Assembly (NCBI GenBank): GCA_016861265.1
Contig: BOLA01000001.1
Span: 267,569 to 331,568, forward strand
Origin: Patescibacteria group bacterium
GTDB taxonomy: Bacteria; Patescibacteriota; Dojkabacteria; J137
Reading direction: 5' to 3'
DNA length: 64,000 bases
The notes beneath the pieces are model-generated. The model was not told the DNA's origin and searched no databases. It worked only from the letters and a program-made list of their open reading frames with translations. Numbering within the stretch: position 1 is the stretch's first letter; every line of letters begins with the position of its first letter. This document shows positions 17,704 through 28,118 of this stretch, piece after piece. The position numbers were made by a program, and so were the translations under genes.

Positions 17704-18663
17704 TTGCGTCTTATGAACAATATTAAACACTTAAAAATAGTCGTAATTATTCTTGCTGTAACAAACTTGTTTACAGGAATAGGACTAGTAAACCAATCAA
17801 ATAACATCGCAAATATAGACCTTAGGAGTTACTCAAACCCTTACCCACTTGTAGATATTGCAAGAAACTTTATCGAACAAAAAGATGTGATCGTAAATCT
17901 TCAACCTTTAAGAGATTCATTAAAAGGTATTTATGAAGAATATGGAGAAGACAATATATCTTTATACATTGAATTTTTAAACAGTGGCGCGAATATATCT
18001 TATAACCAAGATGCCAGGTACTACCCTGCAAGCTTAATTAAAATGCCTGTAGCAATTGCTACAGCAAAGAAAATACAAGATGGGGAATGGGATTGGGATA
18101 GCAAATTAGTAATATTTGAAGAAGACGTTGACACCAAATTTGGCAATGTAGGTCTTAAACCAATTGGCACGAGAATCACAATAGAAGAACTGCTGAAAGA
18201 ACTTCTAACAAAATCAGATAATACAGCATACAAGATGTTGTTAAGAAATCTTGGTTCAGGTCCAGTGAATGACTTCTTAACAGAGACAGGTTTAAATGAT
18301 TTTTTTGACCAGGATTTAAATATTACAGCAAAAGAATACACAAGACTTTTTAGATCTTTATACACATCTAATTACCTTACCCGAAGGTATTCGCAAAAAA
18401 TACTGGAACTACTTTCACAATCAGAAAGGAATTACCTGGGACAAGGTATTCCCGAAGATGTTACTTATGCTCATAAATTCGGTGAAAATGCAGTAGAATA
18501 TATATTTGCAGATTCGGGGATAGTATATATACCTTCTAGACCATATATTGTAACGGTTTTATATAAAGGCAAGGAATTGGAAGAAAAAGAACATGTTGAT
18601 AGTTTTTTTAGAAAGACCGGAGAAACAATATTCAAATATTTTAACGAATATAATAATCAATGA
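17704..18663 (+). CDS. class A beta-lactamase-like serine hydrolase, secreted
   Basis: N-terminal signal/TM, S-x-x-K (PASLIK), SDN (KSDNTA), degenerate KTG region (HKFGEN); stop overlaps the start of the giant gene (ATGA). Confidence 0.55.
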   Translation: MRLMNNIKHLKIVVIILAVTNLFTGIGLVNQSNNIANIDLRSYSNPYPLVDIARNFIEQKDVIVNLQPLRDSLKGIYEEYGEDNISLYIEFLNSGANISYNQDARYYPASLIKMPVAIATAKKIQDGEWDWDSKLVIFEEDVDTKFGNVGLKPIGTRITIEELLKELLTKSDNTAYKMLLRNLGSGPVNDFLTETGLNDFFDQDLNITAKEYTRLFRSLYTSNYLTRRYSQKILELLSQSERNYLGQGIPEDVTYAHKFGENAVEYIFADSGIVYIPSRPYIVTVLYKGKELEEKEHVDSFFRKTGETIFKYFNEYNNQ

Positions 18664-21600
18664 AATTTAGATTTAAAAAAATAATTACAATTTTATTCGT
18701 TTTAACTGCTAATCTTGCTCTGGTTTTCCCTGCAGATGTAGCACTGACAATTGTAAAGGAATCATTAAAAGACAGTAAGGTTGTAGATATCATGTATTGG
18801 GCACTGCAAGATTCAAAAGTTATTGACAATTTTTTAGATACAAAACTAGTTGAACAAGTCAAAGCTGACCCTCCACCAAATGGGTTTTATTTACAAACTG
18901 GAAAATTCGTAGGAAATGCTGCTCCAAAAAGTATCACTGGGCTAGGATTTTCACCTGATCTTGTAATACTAAAACCAGATACAACTGCGGGGTCAGGTGC
19001 AATATTCAAAACAAAAGCAATGTCAATATTGAATGTATCCTATTTTGTTGCTACCGCCCAGACCACGACAGGAGCTATAAGGCTAGATGAGGATGGATTT
19101 ACTGCATCAACAACAACTTCAAATAATGCAAATGTGACCACTTCATGGGTTGCAATAGGTGGATCCGACTGCACAGCTTCAGGTGTATTTTGTATTGGTG
19201 CATACACTGGGAATGGTGCAGGAGCAAGAACTATAGATACTGGATTCCAACCAGACTTGGTCTGGGTCAAGAGATCAACAGCTGTTGCAGGATCCTGGAG
19301 GACGTCTGATATGGCTACAAATGAATCCCAATATTTTCAAGCAACTACCCAAGATACTACTGGAACTAATTTTACTACGTTTAGCTCAACAGGCTTCACA
19401 GTAGGGCCAACTAATAATGTTAGTACTGGTATATATTATTTTGTTGCATTTAAACAGGTTGCAGGTGCACTGGATGTTGGTACTTACACCGGAAACGCAA
19501 CAGATAACCGAAATATTACTGGTGTGGGCTTTAAACCAGATTTTGTATTCCTTAAGAATGCCAATGCCGGAACCGCTGTATCAGGCATGTTTAATATTAA
19601 TGAATCTTATGGCGATAGCTCTAACTATTTTACGGATACAGCAAACTTAGTTAACTCTATTCAAGCATTACAATCGGATGGATTCCAAGTAGGTACTGAC
19701 AATACTGCAAATGGTTCTGGGAACACCATTTACTACGCGGCCTTTGGAGGGGCAGCGGCATATTCAAACGGCAGTGGCACATTCAAGGCCGCGAGTGGTA
19801 GTTATACAGGTACTGGGCAAAATGAAGTAATTCAAAATCTAGACTTTATGCCGGACCTGGTAATTATAAAAGGTAATACTACACAATCAGGTGTATTTAG
19901 AACTAGTCTAATGTCTAGTGATTCTACTGCGTATCTAGATGCGGCTACCGCAAATTTTGCAGGGGGAATTATTTCTATTAATCCAGATGGATTTACTGTG
20001 GGTACTTCTGCGACAGTAAACACAACAGGACTTACATACTATTGGACAGCATATGGCAACGCGTGGATTGCAGATAAAAACTCAGGAAGTTCGGATTTTT
20101 TTGTAGGTGCATATTACGGTAATAGTATAGACAATAGAAGTATTACAAGACTACCATTTCAGCCTGACATGGTCACTGTAAAACGAAATGGGGCGAGCGC
20201 AGGTGCATGGAGATCATCTATCCATTCTGGGGATTCGAGTAGTTTCTTCGCTGCTACTGCTGATGCATCTAATGTAATTCAATCATTTAATAGTGATGGG
20301 TTTCAGATAGGAACGTCTGCAAGTACGAATACTGCAGCAAGTGTATACTTCTATTTTGGCTTTAAGACAGGAACTAACTTTGCAGTGGGTAGTTACTCAG
20401 GTACTGGGATTACACAAAATATTACATCTGTGGGGTTTCAACCTGATAATCTTTGGGTTAAGGCAGCAACTGCAGTCAGGGGAGTACAAAAAAATGCTGA
20501 ACTTACAGGAAATACTGCACTGCCTTTTATTAACGTTGCCTCTATTGCCAATGCAATTACGGGGGTACTATCTAATGGCTTTAGCATTGGTACTGCCGCG
20601 GAAACAAATACCTCTGCAGTAACTTATAGGTATGTAGCTTGGAATAATAACTTTAATACACTAACTCCTACTTACACCATGCAAACAGGTTACTATATAG
20701 GTAACGGTGCAGTAAAAACAATCACTAACTTAGGCTTTTCACCAGACCTAGTAATTATCAAATCTGATACCAATGTCACATCACCGGTATTTAAAACAAA
20801 ACAAATGATATCTTCAAGCACTTCGTACTTTATCGCAACTGCTGACGCAACTACAGGGATAATAAGGCTGGATCCAGATGGATTTACGGTTTCTACGAGT
20901 GTTGGAGTAGCATCAAATAATAGGTACACTTGGATTGCATTTGACGGATCGGATTGCTCATCATCAGGGCAATTCTGTACTTCTGCATATATTGGCAACG
21001 GTGGTGGTACAAGAGCTATATCAAATGTAGGATTTCAACCAGACATAGCTATTGTTAAACAATCAACTGCTGTTGCAGCAAATTGGCGATCATCTTCTAT
21101 GCCCTCAAATACAGCTCAATATTTTATTAATACGAATCAAAAAACTACGGGAGCACTATTTGCATCACTAGATGCAACAGGATACACAGTTGGTACAACA
21201 AATAATGCTAGCGCAGGTATCTATTACTCTATTTCGTTTAAAAGTACGAGTGGAGCAATCAATGTAGGAACTTTCACCGGAAATGGAACCGACAATAGAA
21301 ATATTACTGGTGTAGGTTTTAGGCCAGATTTCGTATTGATAAAGAATGCGAATGCTACAACTGCAGTTGCAGGAGTATTTAATCTTAACGAATCATATGG
21401 AGATAATTCAGGGTTTTTTACGGCTTCTGCAAATACTTTTAATTCAATACAAGAACTACAATCTGATGGATTTCAAGTAGGGAACGACAACACTGCCAAC
21501 GGGAATACTAACACAATGTATTATGCTGCTTTTGGTGTTGCTGTAGCACTAAACCCCGGAAGTGGAACATTTCAGATGGCATCTGGTAGTTATACTGGTG

Positions 21601-24600
21601 TAGGGAATTATATGCAGGTCTCTGGACTTGGGTTTCAGCCAGATTTAATTATAATAAAGGGTAATACAACGCAATCTGGGGTATTTAGGACATCTTCAAT
21701 GGCAGCAGACTCAACCGCATACTTGGATTCTGCGACAGCTAACTTTGCAGGCGGCATAATTGCTATACATACCGATAGCTTTGTGGTTGGAACGTCTCCA
21801 ACAGTTAACAGCACAGGTCTCACATACTACTGGACAGCATACGGAAATGCTTGGACTTCTGAAAAAAATTCGGGAAGTGCTGATTTCTTTGTCGGAGGCT
21901 ATTACGGTAATGGCATAGATAATAGAAATATTTCAAGAATACCTTTTCAACCAGATATGGTTACAGTTAAAAGAAGTGGTGCTACTGGGGGAGCTTGGCG
22001 TTCCTCAACGCACTCAGGTGATACAAGTAGTTTCTTTGCAGCTACTGCAAATACATCTAATGTAATTCAAGCAATAAATTCTGATGGATACCAAATAGGT
22101 ACAGCTGCAAATGTAAATACTGCCGCAAATATCTATTGGCATTTTGGCTTTGATGCTGGTCCAAATTTTACCGTTGGCAACTATAGTGGAACGGGTTCGG
22201 CTAACAATATTACATCTGTTGGATTTCAGCCTGATAATCTTTGGGTTAAATCAACAGGAGCAGTAAGAGGTGTTCAAAGAATGACTAATCTAACGGGGGA
22301 TGCCGCGATTCCATTTATTAACGTCGCATCTATTACCGGGGCAATAACAGGAGTTTTATCTAATGGATTTAGTGTTGGGACCGCTGCAGAAACAAATTCT
22401 GTAGGGACTAATAATTATTTTTATGCAGCTTGGAACGTACCTGCAATTACATTAGCATCTACAGGCACACAAGTAGCTACAATTAATAAACCAATTACAG
22501 ACACACACGTTGGTGCTGCTTTTACTTTAGCTTCTAATGGTGCCAACATAAACCTTAATAATATAACAATATCTGAAACTGGAACAGTAAATGCAAATAC
22601 CAATCTTGCTAACGTAAAACTATACTATGAAACTGCTGGTACTTGTACCTACGACGGAATTGAGACACAATATGGCAGCACTCAGAGCTTTAATGCATCA
22701 CAGCAGGCAACATTTGCAAATACGTTAAGCATTGGCACTTCTCAGGTATGTATGTATGTAGTTTTAGACGTAGGTTCTGGAGCATCTGCTGGAGAAACAA
22801 TTGAAATAGAAGTAACACAATCAACAGACATAGAAGCAGATCGAGCTGTATTAGGAACATTCCCTGTTACTCTTGCAGGGACATCTACAATTTCATCAGG
22901 AAACGTTGCACCAAATAATCCTGCAAGTTTATTACAAGCAAGAACTGACGACTCTCCTATTTCAACAGGAGCCTGGATAAACCAATCATCTGTAAAATTT
23001 TCTGCAACAGTAAGCGATACAGATAATCCAGACACACTTTATTTATGTGTGGAGTTACAACCTGTGAGCACACCATTCACTGGAACAGAAACGGCATGTG
23101 GTAGCAGTGTTAATTACGTTGGCACACCATTAACCGCAACCGTAACAATAAGTTCCCTAACCGAAAATGAATATAAATGGCAAGCAAGTGTAAAGGACTC
23201 AGCTGGAGCATATTCAGCATGGGTAACCTATTCAAATTCTCCTACCGGATTAGTAGGTTATTGGAAAATGGACGAGTCAAGTTGGACTAACGATTGCAGT
23301 ACATTCACGGCATTAGATTCTTCAGCTAACTCATTAAATGCAAGATCATGTCCTAACACAAGCGGACCAAATACAAATGCAGCAGGTCAGTATGGTAGAG
23401 CTGGCGAATTTGATGGTGCTGACGACCGAATCGAGGTACCTTATAACTCAGTATTAAGCCTTGGCAATAATATGACATTAGAAGCATGGATAAGACCTGA
23501 CTCTGTAGCAATAGATTGGCAGTCAATTATGAATAAAGGAAGTACAAGTGACTGGTCTGCAAGATCATATGGGCTTATGCTTAATTATGGGAATGTACAT
23601 ATAAGCTACTTAAATGGCAATGGATGGCAATCATTTGCAACCACTACCTCACCGATAACCGCAGGGGTCTGGACACATGTAGCATACACAAGAGATGGAA
23701 CAACAGAAAAAATATATGTAAATGGATCACAAGTATTAAGTCAGACCATTACTGAAAATATAGCAGATGACACCTTCCCACTAACAATAGGTGGTGTAGC
23801 ACAGGGTGGCTCTGGAGTAGAAAAATTTGATGGTCTGCTAGATGAAGTAAAAATTTATAGTGTTGCAAGGAACTTATCAGAAGTTAACGCTGATATGAAT
23901 GCAACATCTGATAGAAATTTTGGAATCGACCTTTCTGCTCCTACTGGTGGTACTGTCTTTGATGGCGTAACTATAGGCGTTGATTCTACATTTAACAATG
24001 GATCATTATCAACTCTATCTGCAAATTGGAGTGGAATTGATTCAACACTTGCAGGTTTGCAAGGTTATGAGTATTCAATCGGTACTACTCCTGGTGGAAC
24101 GGATATCTTAACTTGGACCAGCATTGGAACATCAACCTCTATTACAAATAGTTCATTAACACTTCAAAGTTCGGTATTGTATTACGTTAATATTAGGACT
24201 ACAGATTTTGCAGGAAACACTGCAGTAATATCTTCGAATGGACAGATGATACTACCTGCTTTGTCATTTACATTATCTACAACATCAATTGTTTTTGATA
24301 ACTTGAATAATGGAAATAGTTTTACAGACACAAAATCAACAACACTAACTACATCCACAAATGCATACAACGGCTATATTATTCAGCTTTATAAAACTGA
24401 CAATTTAAGATCTATACTTTATCCAAGCGAAACAATTAGCGACTTTAGTGCTGGTAGTTACGCAGCTCCTGCAGAATGGGGACCTGCGAATTATGGATTT
24501 GGCTACACATCAAGTGATACAACAATTCAAGGAATTAATAAGTTTAATCCAGTTACTTGTGCAGGTGGAGGTTCTTCACCTTGTTATGCACCAATCTCTT

Positions 24601-24764
24601 CTAGTGCGCCAGGTGATATAGTAGCAGACCACACAACAACAGTCACAGGATCACCTATTACAAATGAACAGTTTGATATAACATATCAAATAAAAGTGCC
24701 ACAAACTCAGATAGCAAGTCCTTATACGACAACTTTGGTTTATACCATAGTACCTCAGTATTAA
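18660..24764 (+). CDS. giant surface protein (2034 aa): signal peptide, 10 x about 130-aa repeats, LamG/concanavalin-like domain, Ig-like domains, shared C-terminal motif
   Basis: LamG_3-like segment (GEFDGADDRIEVPY...LEAWIRPD...WTHVAYTRDG...DGLLDEVKIY); repeat units G.Y.GNG..NR.IT..GFQPD.V..K...G.WRSS; C-terminal ..SPYTTTLVYTIVPQY resembles the C-terminus of the 26081-27142 product. Confidence 0.8.
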   Translation: MKFRFKKIITILFVLTANLALVFPADVALTIVKESLKDSKVVDIMYWALQDSKVIDNFLDTKLVEQVKADPPPNGFYLQTGKFVGNAAPKSITGLGFSPDLVILKPDTTAGSGAIFKTKAMSILNVSYFVATAQTTTGAIRLDEDGFTASTTTSNNANVTTSWVAIGGSDCTASGVFCIGAYTGNGAGARTIDTGFQPDLVWVKRSTAVAGSWRTSDMATNESQYFQATTQDTTGTNFTTFSSTGFTVGPTNNVSTGIYYFVAFKQVAGALDVGTYTGNATDNRNITGVGFKPDFVFLKNANAGTAVSGMFNINESYGDSSNYFTDTANLVNSIQALQSDGFQVGTDNTANGSGNTIYYAAFGGAAAYSNGSGTFKAASGSYTGTGQNEVIQNLDFMPDLVIIKGNTTQSGVFRTSLMSSDSTAYLDAATANFAGGIISINPDGFTVGTSATVNTTGLTYYWTAYGNAWIADKNSGSSDFFVGAYYGNSIDNRSITRLPFQPDMVTVKRNGASAGAWRSSIHSGDSSSFFAATADASNVIQSFNSDGFQIGTSASTNTAASVYFYFGFKTGTNFAVGSYSGTGITQNITSVGFQPDNLWVKAATAVRGVQKNAELTGNTALPFINVASIANAITGVLSNGFSIGTAAETNTSAVTYRYVAWNNNFNTLTPTYTMQTGYYIGNGAVKTITNLGFSPDLVIIKSDTNVTSPVFKTKQMISSSTSYFIATADATTGIIRLDPDGFTVSTSVGVASNNRYTWIAFDGSDCSSSGQFCTSAYIGNGGGTRAISNVGFQPDIAIVKQSTAVAANWRSSSMPSNTAQYFINTNQKTTGALFASLDATGYTVGTTNNASAGIYYSISFKSTSGAINVGTFTGNGTDNRNITGVGFRPDFVLIKNANATTAVAGVFNLNESYGDNSGFFTASANTFNSIQELQSDGFQVGNDNTANGNTNTMYYAAFGVAVALNPGSGTFQMASGSYTGVGNYMQVSGLGFQPDLIIIKGNTTQSGVFRTSSMAADSTAYLDSATANFAGGIIAIHTDSFVVGTSPTVNSTGLTYYWTAYGNAWTSEKNSGSADFFVGGYYGNGIDNRNISRIPFQPDMVTVKRSGATGGAWRSSTHSGDTSSFFAATANTSNVIQAINSDGYQIGTAANVNTAANIYWHFGFDAGPNFTVGNYSGTGSANNITSVGFQPDNLWVKSTGAVRGVQRMTNLTGDAAIPFINVASITGAITGVLSNGFSVGTAAETNSVGTNNYFYAAWNVPAITLASTGTQVATINKPITDTHVGAAFTLASNGANINLNNITISETGTVNANTNLANVKLYYETAGTCTYDGIETQYGSTQSFNASQQATFANTLSIGTSQVCMYVVLDVGSGASAGETIEIEVTQSTDIEADRAVLGTFPVTLAGTSTISSGNVAPNNPASLLQARTDDSPISTGAWINQSSVKFSATVSDTDNPDTLYLCVELQPVSTPFTGTETACGSSVNYVGTPLTATVTISSLTENEYKWQASVKDSAGAYSAWVTYSNSPTGLVGYWKMDESSWTNDCSTFTALDSSANSLNARSCPNTSGPNTNAAGQYGRAGEFDGADDRIEVPYNSVLSLGNNMTLEAWIRPDSVAIDWQSIMNKGSTSDWSARSYGLMLNYGNVHISYLNGNGWQSFATTTSPITAGVWTHVAYTRDGTTEKIYVNGSQVLSQTITENIADDTFPLTIGGVAQGGSGVEKFDGLLDEVKIYSVARNLSEVNADMNATSDRNFGIDLSAPTGGTVFDGVTIGVDSTFNNGSLSTLSANWSGIDSTLAGLQGYEYSIGTTPGGTDILTWTSIGTSTSITNSSLTLQSSVLYYVNIRTTDFAGNTAVISSNGQMILPALSFTLSTTSIVFDNLNNGNSFTDTKSTTLTTSTNAYNGYIIQLYKTDNLRSILYPSETISDFSAGSYAAPAEWGPANYGFGYTSSDTTIQGINKFNPVTCAGGGSSPCYAPISSSAPGDIVADHTTTVTGSPITNEQFDITYQIKVPQTQIASPYTTTLVYTIVPQY
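18873..22436 (+). repeat. Two tandem about 1.78-kb super-repeats (each 5 x about 130-aa units) inside the giant gene
   Basis: Protein residues about 72-665 and about 665-1259 align colinearly; the DNA copies are visibly similar (for example GGATTTCAACCAGA..., TATTACTGGTGTGGGCTTTAAACCAGATTTTGTATT versus TATTACTGGTGTAGGTTTTAGGCCAGATTTCGTATT). Confidence 0.7.
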
Positions 24765-24785
24765 AACTGTTAGAATGAACAAACT

Positions 24786-26000
24786 ATGAAAATTTTATTA
24801 TTAGTTTTCTCAATTATATTTTTGGTTCAACCTGTTCTAACCATACAGGCACAGGAGACAGTCCTGACACAAACGTCATTAGGCGTTGATCCTGCAATCC
24901 TTGAAATAATTCTTGAACCAGGCAAACAGGATGAAAAAATAATTCATGTTAATAACTCAAGTAATTTACCTTTACCAATAAAAGCAGTACGGCAAACCTT
25001 TGTTGCGAAAGAGATAGTAAATGTGCCAGAAGAAAAGCTAAATATCTTTGATGCATCTTCCTGGTTAGAACTTGCTCCAGAAGACGAGGATTTTATTCTA
25101 CAACCAAAAGAAGTAAAAGAGATAGTAGTTAAATTCAACCCCCCTGAAAATGCATCTCCAGGTGGGCATTACGCTTCATTAATATTTCAACCATTAATTC
25201 CACAAGAATTAGTATCTAATCAATCTGTATTTGTATACGCAAGAGTTGCAGTATTGGTGTTTATGCAAGTCAAAGGGGACATAAAACAGGAGTTAAGCTA
25301 TAACCAGGTTAAGATTGATTCATTATATAATGAATTCCCTATTCAGGTTTCAACAAAACTTGAAAATATTGGAAATACTCACTTACGACCTGAAGGCAAA
25401 TTAATTATATACGACGAACTAAATAGAACCGTCAAAACTACCGTTGAGATAGTTCCTTCAATTATTCTACCAGAACTTATAAAAGAATATCCCGTTACGA
25501 TTGATAGTATTTATGATTATGGGCAGTACTCTGCACAATTCATAGTAAGCTATGGTGACGATCAAATACAAATACTCTCGGAAAAACACTACTTTACAGT
25601 TTTTCCTTATAGAGCAACAATAATAATATTAATAATTCTTGTAATACTTTACTTAGTATTCTTTAGATTAAGAAAAAGAATTCATAAAGCTGGAAAAGTT
25701 CTATTTGAAAGTAATGATCCAATACTCTTTACATCAATAAAGAACAAGAAACCTAATATAATAAAAAAAGATATTCTTAAAATTAATAAAAAAGAGGGTG
25801 ATAAATTATTTTATAAACTATCTGAAAAGAATAAAACAAAAAGTGAAGTGATAAAATCAAAACTACATTCGATAATTAAAACATATAACCCACAAAAGAA
25901 TACTAAAGGTACATTAAAAAAGAAAAATCTTTTTACACATATATCTATAAAGCAAAAAACCTTCACGGACATACAAAAAGAAAATAAGAATAGATTGTGA
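24786..26000 (+). CDS. surface protein with Ig-like N-domain, second beta-domain, C-terminal TM anchor plus Lys-rich tail (CscA/DUF916-DUF3324-like, tentative)
   Basis: Signal peptide, PGGHYASLIF motif, ..LENIGNTHLRPEGKLIIYD.., TM IIILIILVILYLVFF then RLRKR; paralog of the 27195-28115 product. Confidence 0.5.
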   Translation: MKILLLVFSIIFLVQPVLTIQAQETVLTQTSLGVDPAILEIILEPGKQDEKIIHVNNSSNLPLPIKAVRQTFVAKEIVNVPEEKLNIFDASSWLELAPEDEDFILQPKEVKEIVVKFNPPENASPGGHYASLIFQPLIPQELVSNQSVFVYARVAVLVFMQVKGDIKQELSYNQVKIDSLYNEFPIQVSTKLENIGNTHLRPEGKLIIYDELNRTVKTTVEIVPSIILPELIKEYPVTIDSIYDYGQYSAQFIVSYGDDQIQILSEKHYFTVFPYRATIIILIILVILYLVFFRLRKRIHKAGKVLFESNDPILFTSIKNKKPNIIKKDILKINKKEGDKLFYKLSEKNKTKSEVIKSKLHSIIKTYNPQKNTKGTLKKKNLFTHISIKQKTFTDIQKENKNRL

Positions 26001-26009
26001 CCCAAAAGG

Positions 26010-26037
26010 TTGACATTGATTGTAAAAAATCTATAAT
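26010..26037 (+). promoter_or_regulatory. near-consensus sigma70 promoter (TTGACA-16-TATAAT) upstream of 26081
   Basis: TTGACA at 26010-26015 and TATAAT at 26032-26037. Confidence 0.55.
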
Positions 26038-26080
26038 AAATTTGTTAATTATTTGTAAATTAAATTTTTAAAAAAAGTAA

Positions 26081-27142
26081 ATGAAAAAGTACATATCAAT
26101 ATTCCTGATTTCGTTGTTCGTGATTGGATCTTTTAGCTTTTTAGTGCCATTAAGGTTTTCAGCCGCATCACTACAAAGTGGGTCGTTAACATTATCTGAT
26201 TCTAGACCATCAACTGCATCTGTAACCTATACATTTAATTTTTCAAATGTAACTACATCATCAATAAGATGTATTAATGTAGCATTCTCAGATGCTGCAA
26301 CAGGTGGCTCAAAACCAACAGGCTTAACAATCACTTCAGCAACATTCGGTGGTACCTCAACTTATGTACCTACACCAGCTAGCTGGACAGTTAATAATAA
26401 CAATACAACAGGTGTAACAACATTAACCTTTGCGACAGGTGAAGTACCATCATCTGCAACTGGCAGAACTGTTGTACTAAACGGAATAACAAATGGCTCA
26501 ACTGCTGCTACAACATACTATGTGAGGTTTTCAACATACAATAACGTTGACTGTGCAACCAGTCCTGTTGATAATCAAACAATCGCATTTATATATACCA
26601 ATGGTCAACTTGTTTCTGCTACAGTAGACCCTACTCTATCATTTACAATTGCAGGTGTAGCTTCAGGCCAAACAGTAAATGGGGCAACAACGACAGTCAC
26701 ATCTACCGCTACAACAGTACCTTTAGGAACATTAACAACAGGTTCTAATTCAATCGCAGCACAAGATTTAACAGTTGGTACAAATGCACAAGGTGGATAC
26801 ACCGTAACAATTCGATACACTGGATCACTAACTAATGGAACACATAACTTTACTGACTTTGCATCACCAAACAGTGCACCTACTACATTCAGTGCAGCTG
26901 GTACAGAAGCTTTTGGTTACACAACAAACGATGCCACATTAGGAACAGGTACAGTAGATAGATTCACATCATCAGGTGGTCTTAAATTTGCAGGATTTAC
27001 AACATCTCCTGTAGAAGTTGCTTATAGTGCTACTGCTGCTTCTGGAACAACAAGAGTTGGTTACGAAGCTGGAATTTCAGCAACAACACCTGCTGGTGCA
27101 TACACCACAACAGTTGTATTTGTTGCTACACCAACTTATTAA
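26081..27142 (+). CDS. secreted Thr/Ser/Gly-rich protein with C-terminal motif shared with the giant protein (WxL-like, tentative)
   Basis: Signal peptide; C-terminus ..AYTTTVVFVATPTY parallels ..PYTTTLVYTIVPQY of the giant protein. Confidence 0.45.
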   Translation: MKKYISIFLISLFVIGSFSFLVPLRFSAASLQSGSLTLSDSRPSTASVTYTFNFSNVTTSSIRCINVAFSDAATGGSKPTGLTITSATFGGTSTYVPTPASWTVNNNNTTGVTTLTFATGEVPSSATGRTVVLNGITNGSTAATTYYVRFSTYNNVDCATSPVDNQTIAFIYTNGQLVSATVDPTLSFTIAGVASGQTVNGATTTVTSTATTVPLGTLTTGSNSIAAQDLTVGTNAQGGYTVTIRYTGSLTNGTHNFTDFASPNSAPTTFSAAGTEAFGYTTNDATLGTGTVDRFTSSGGLKFAGFTTSPVEVAYSATAASGTTRVGYEAGISATTPAGAYTTTVVFVATPTY

Positions 27143-27194
27143 TAATTTGAAAAGGTGTTAAAATATGCTATATTTCCTTGTTTATATATAATAT

Positions 27195-28115
27195 ATGAGA
27201 AGATATAGCATTTTTGCTTTTCTTACAATAATATTAGGACCTTTGGTCCTTTTAAATACCTACACTTTAGAAGCTCAAGATAGATTTGGATTTTCAATCT
27301 CGCCACCATCATTTGAAATAACTGCAAACCCTGGTGATCGAATAGAAAATTCATTAAAGATTCAAAATCTATCACAAACCCCATTAAGCATAAATGTAAA
27401 TAACGAGAACTTTTACGCTTACGGTAATGAAGGTCAAATTACTCTTACGGAAGATAGTTCTACCTATTCTATTTCTGACTGGATAAAATATGGTAACAAG
27501 ACTATCGTGGTAAATCCATCAGAATCATATACATTTGATTTTGTAATTGAAATCCCACAAAACATTGAACCTGGAAGCCACTACGGTGCAATTGTATCCT
27601 CCACTAACGACGCAATATTACAATCAACTGGAGCAAGCGTTGTTCAAGAAATTGGTGCCATTGTATTAATTCGAGTACCAGGTGATATTCAAGAAGAAGC
27701 AAAACTTGTAAGTTTTGAACCAGTTGAAAGTGTATTTAAAGATCCTGTAATAAATTTAGAGTCCCTTGTAGAAAATATTGGTACTGTACACATAAAACCC
27801 TACGGAGCAATAACAATATCAGATATACTAGGCAATACAGTAAAGACAATAAATATTGAAGGCAAGAATGTTTTGCCAGGAAGTCAAAGAACATTCAATC
27901 AAAGTTTTGATTTTGAAAATATTGGAATTTACAGAGCAAACTTACAATTATATTACAAAGATGGAACAAAAATAATAACTGGTGAGACTAGCTTTATAAG
28001 CCTTTATACAGAAAGACTCATACCTATAATAGTAATTATTGTTGGCTTAATCGCGTTCTATTTAATATTTAGAAAACGAATTAACAAAGCTATCAAAATT
28101 ATTATTAAAGGATAA
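27195..28115 (+). CDS. surface protein, paralog of the 24786-26000 product (CscA/DUF916-DUF3324-like, tentative)
   Basis: FSISPPSFEITANPGDRIENSLKIQNLS.., PGSHYGAIVS, VENIGTVHIKPYGAITISD, C-terminal TM plus basic tail (IFRKRINK). Confidence 0.5.
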   Translation: MRRYSIFAFLTIILGPLVLLNTYTLEAQDRFGFSISPPSFEITANPGDRIENSLKIQNLSQTPLSINVNNENFYAYGNEGQITLTEDSSTYSISDWIKYGNKTIVVNPSESYTFDFVIEIPQNIEPGSHYGAIVSSTNDAILQSTGASVVQEIGAIVLIRVPGDIQEEAKLVSFEPVESVFKDPVINLESLVENIGTVHIKPYGAITISDILGNTVKTINIEGKNVLPGSQRTFNQSFDFENIGIYRANLQLYYKDGTKIITGETSFISLYTERLIPIIVIIVGLIAFYLIFRKRINKAIKIIIKG

Positions 28116-28118
28116 ATT

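Noticed and set aside
19040-24370. Eight short minus-strand ORFs (19040..., 19832..., 20693..., 21635..., 22421..., 22742..., 24182...) and two plus-strand ORFs (19417..., 20341...) inside the giant gene
   Set aside because: All lie within the continuous 6.1-kb repeat-protein frame; antisense or off-frame artefacts of biased composition.
27163-27211. AT-rich inverted repeat (ATATGCTATAT...ATATAGCAT) bracketing the start codon of 27195-28115
   Set aside because: The 9-of-11 AT-only stem and 29-nt loop make it thermodynamically weak; it is likely chance in 25% GC sequence.
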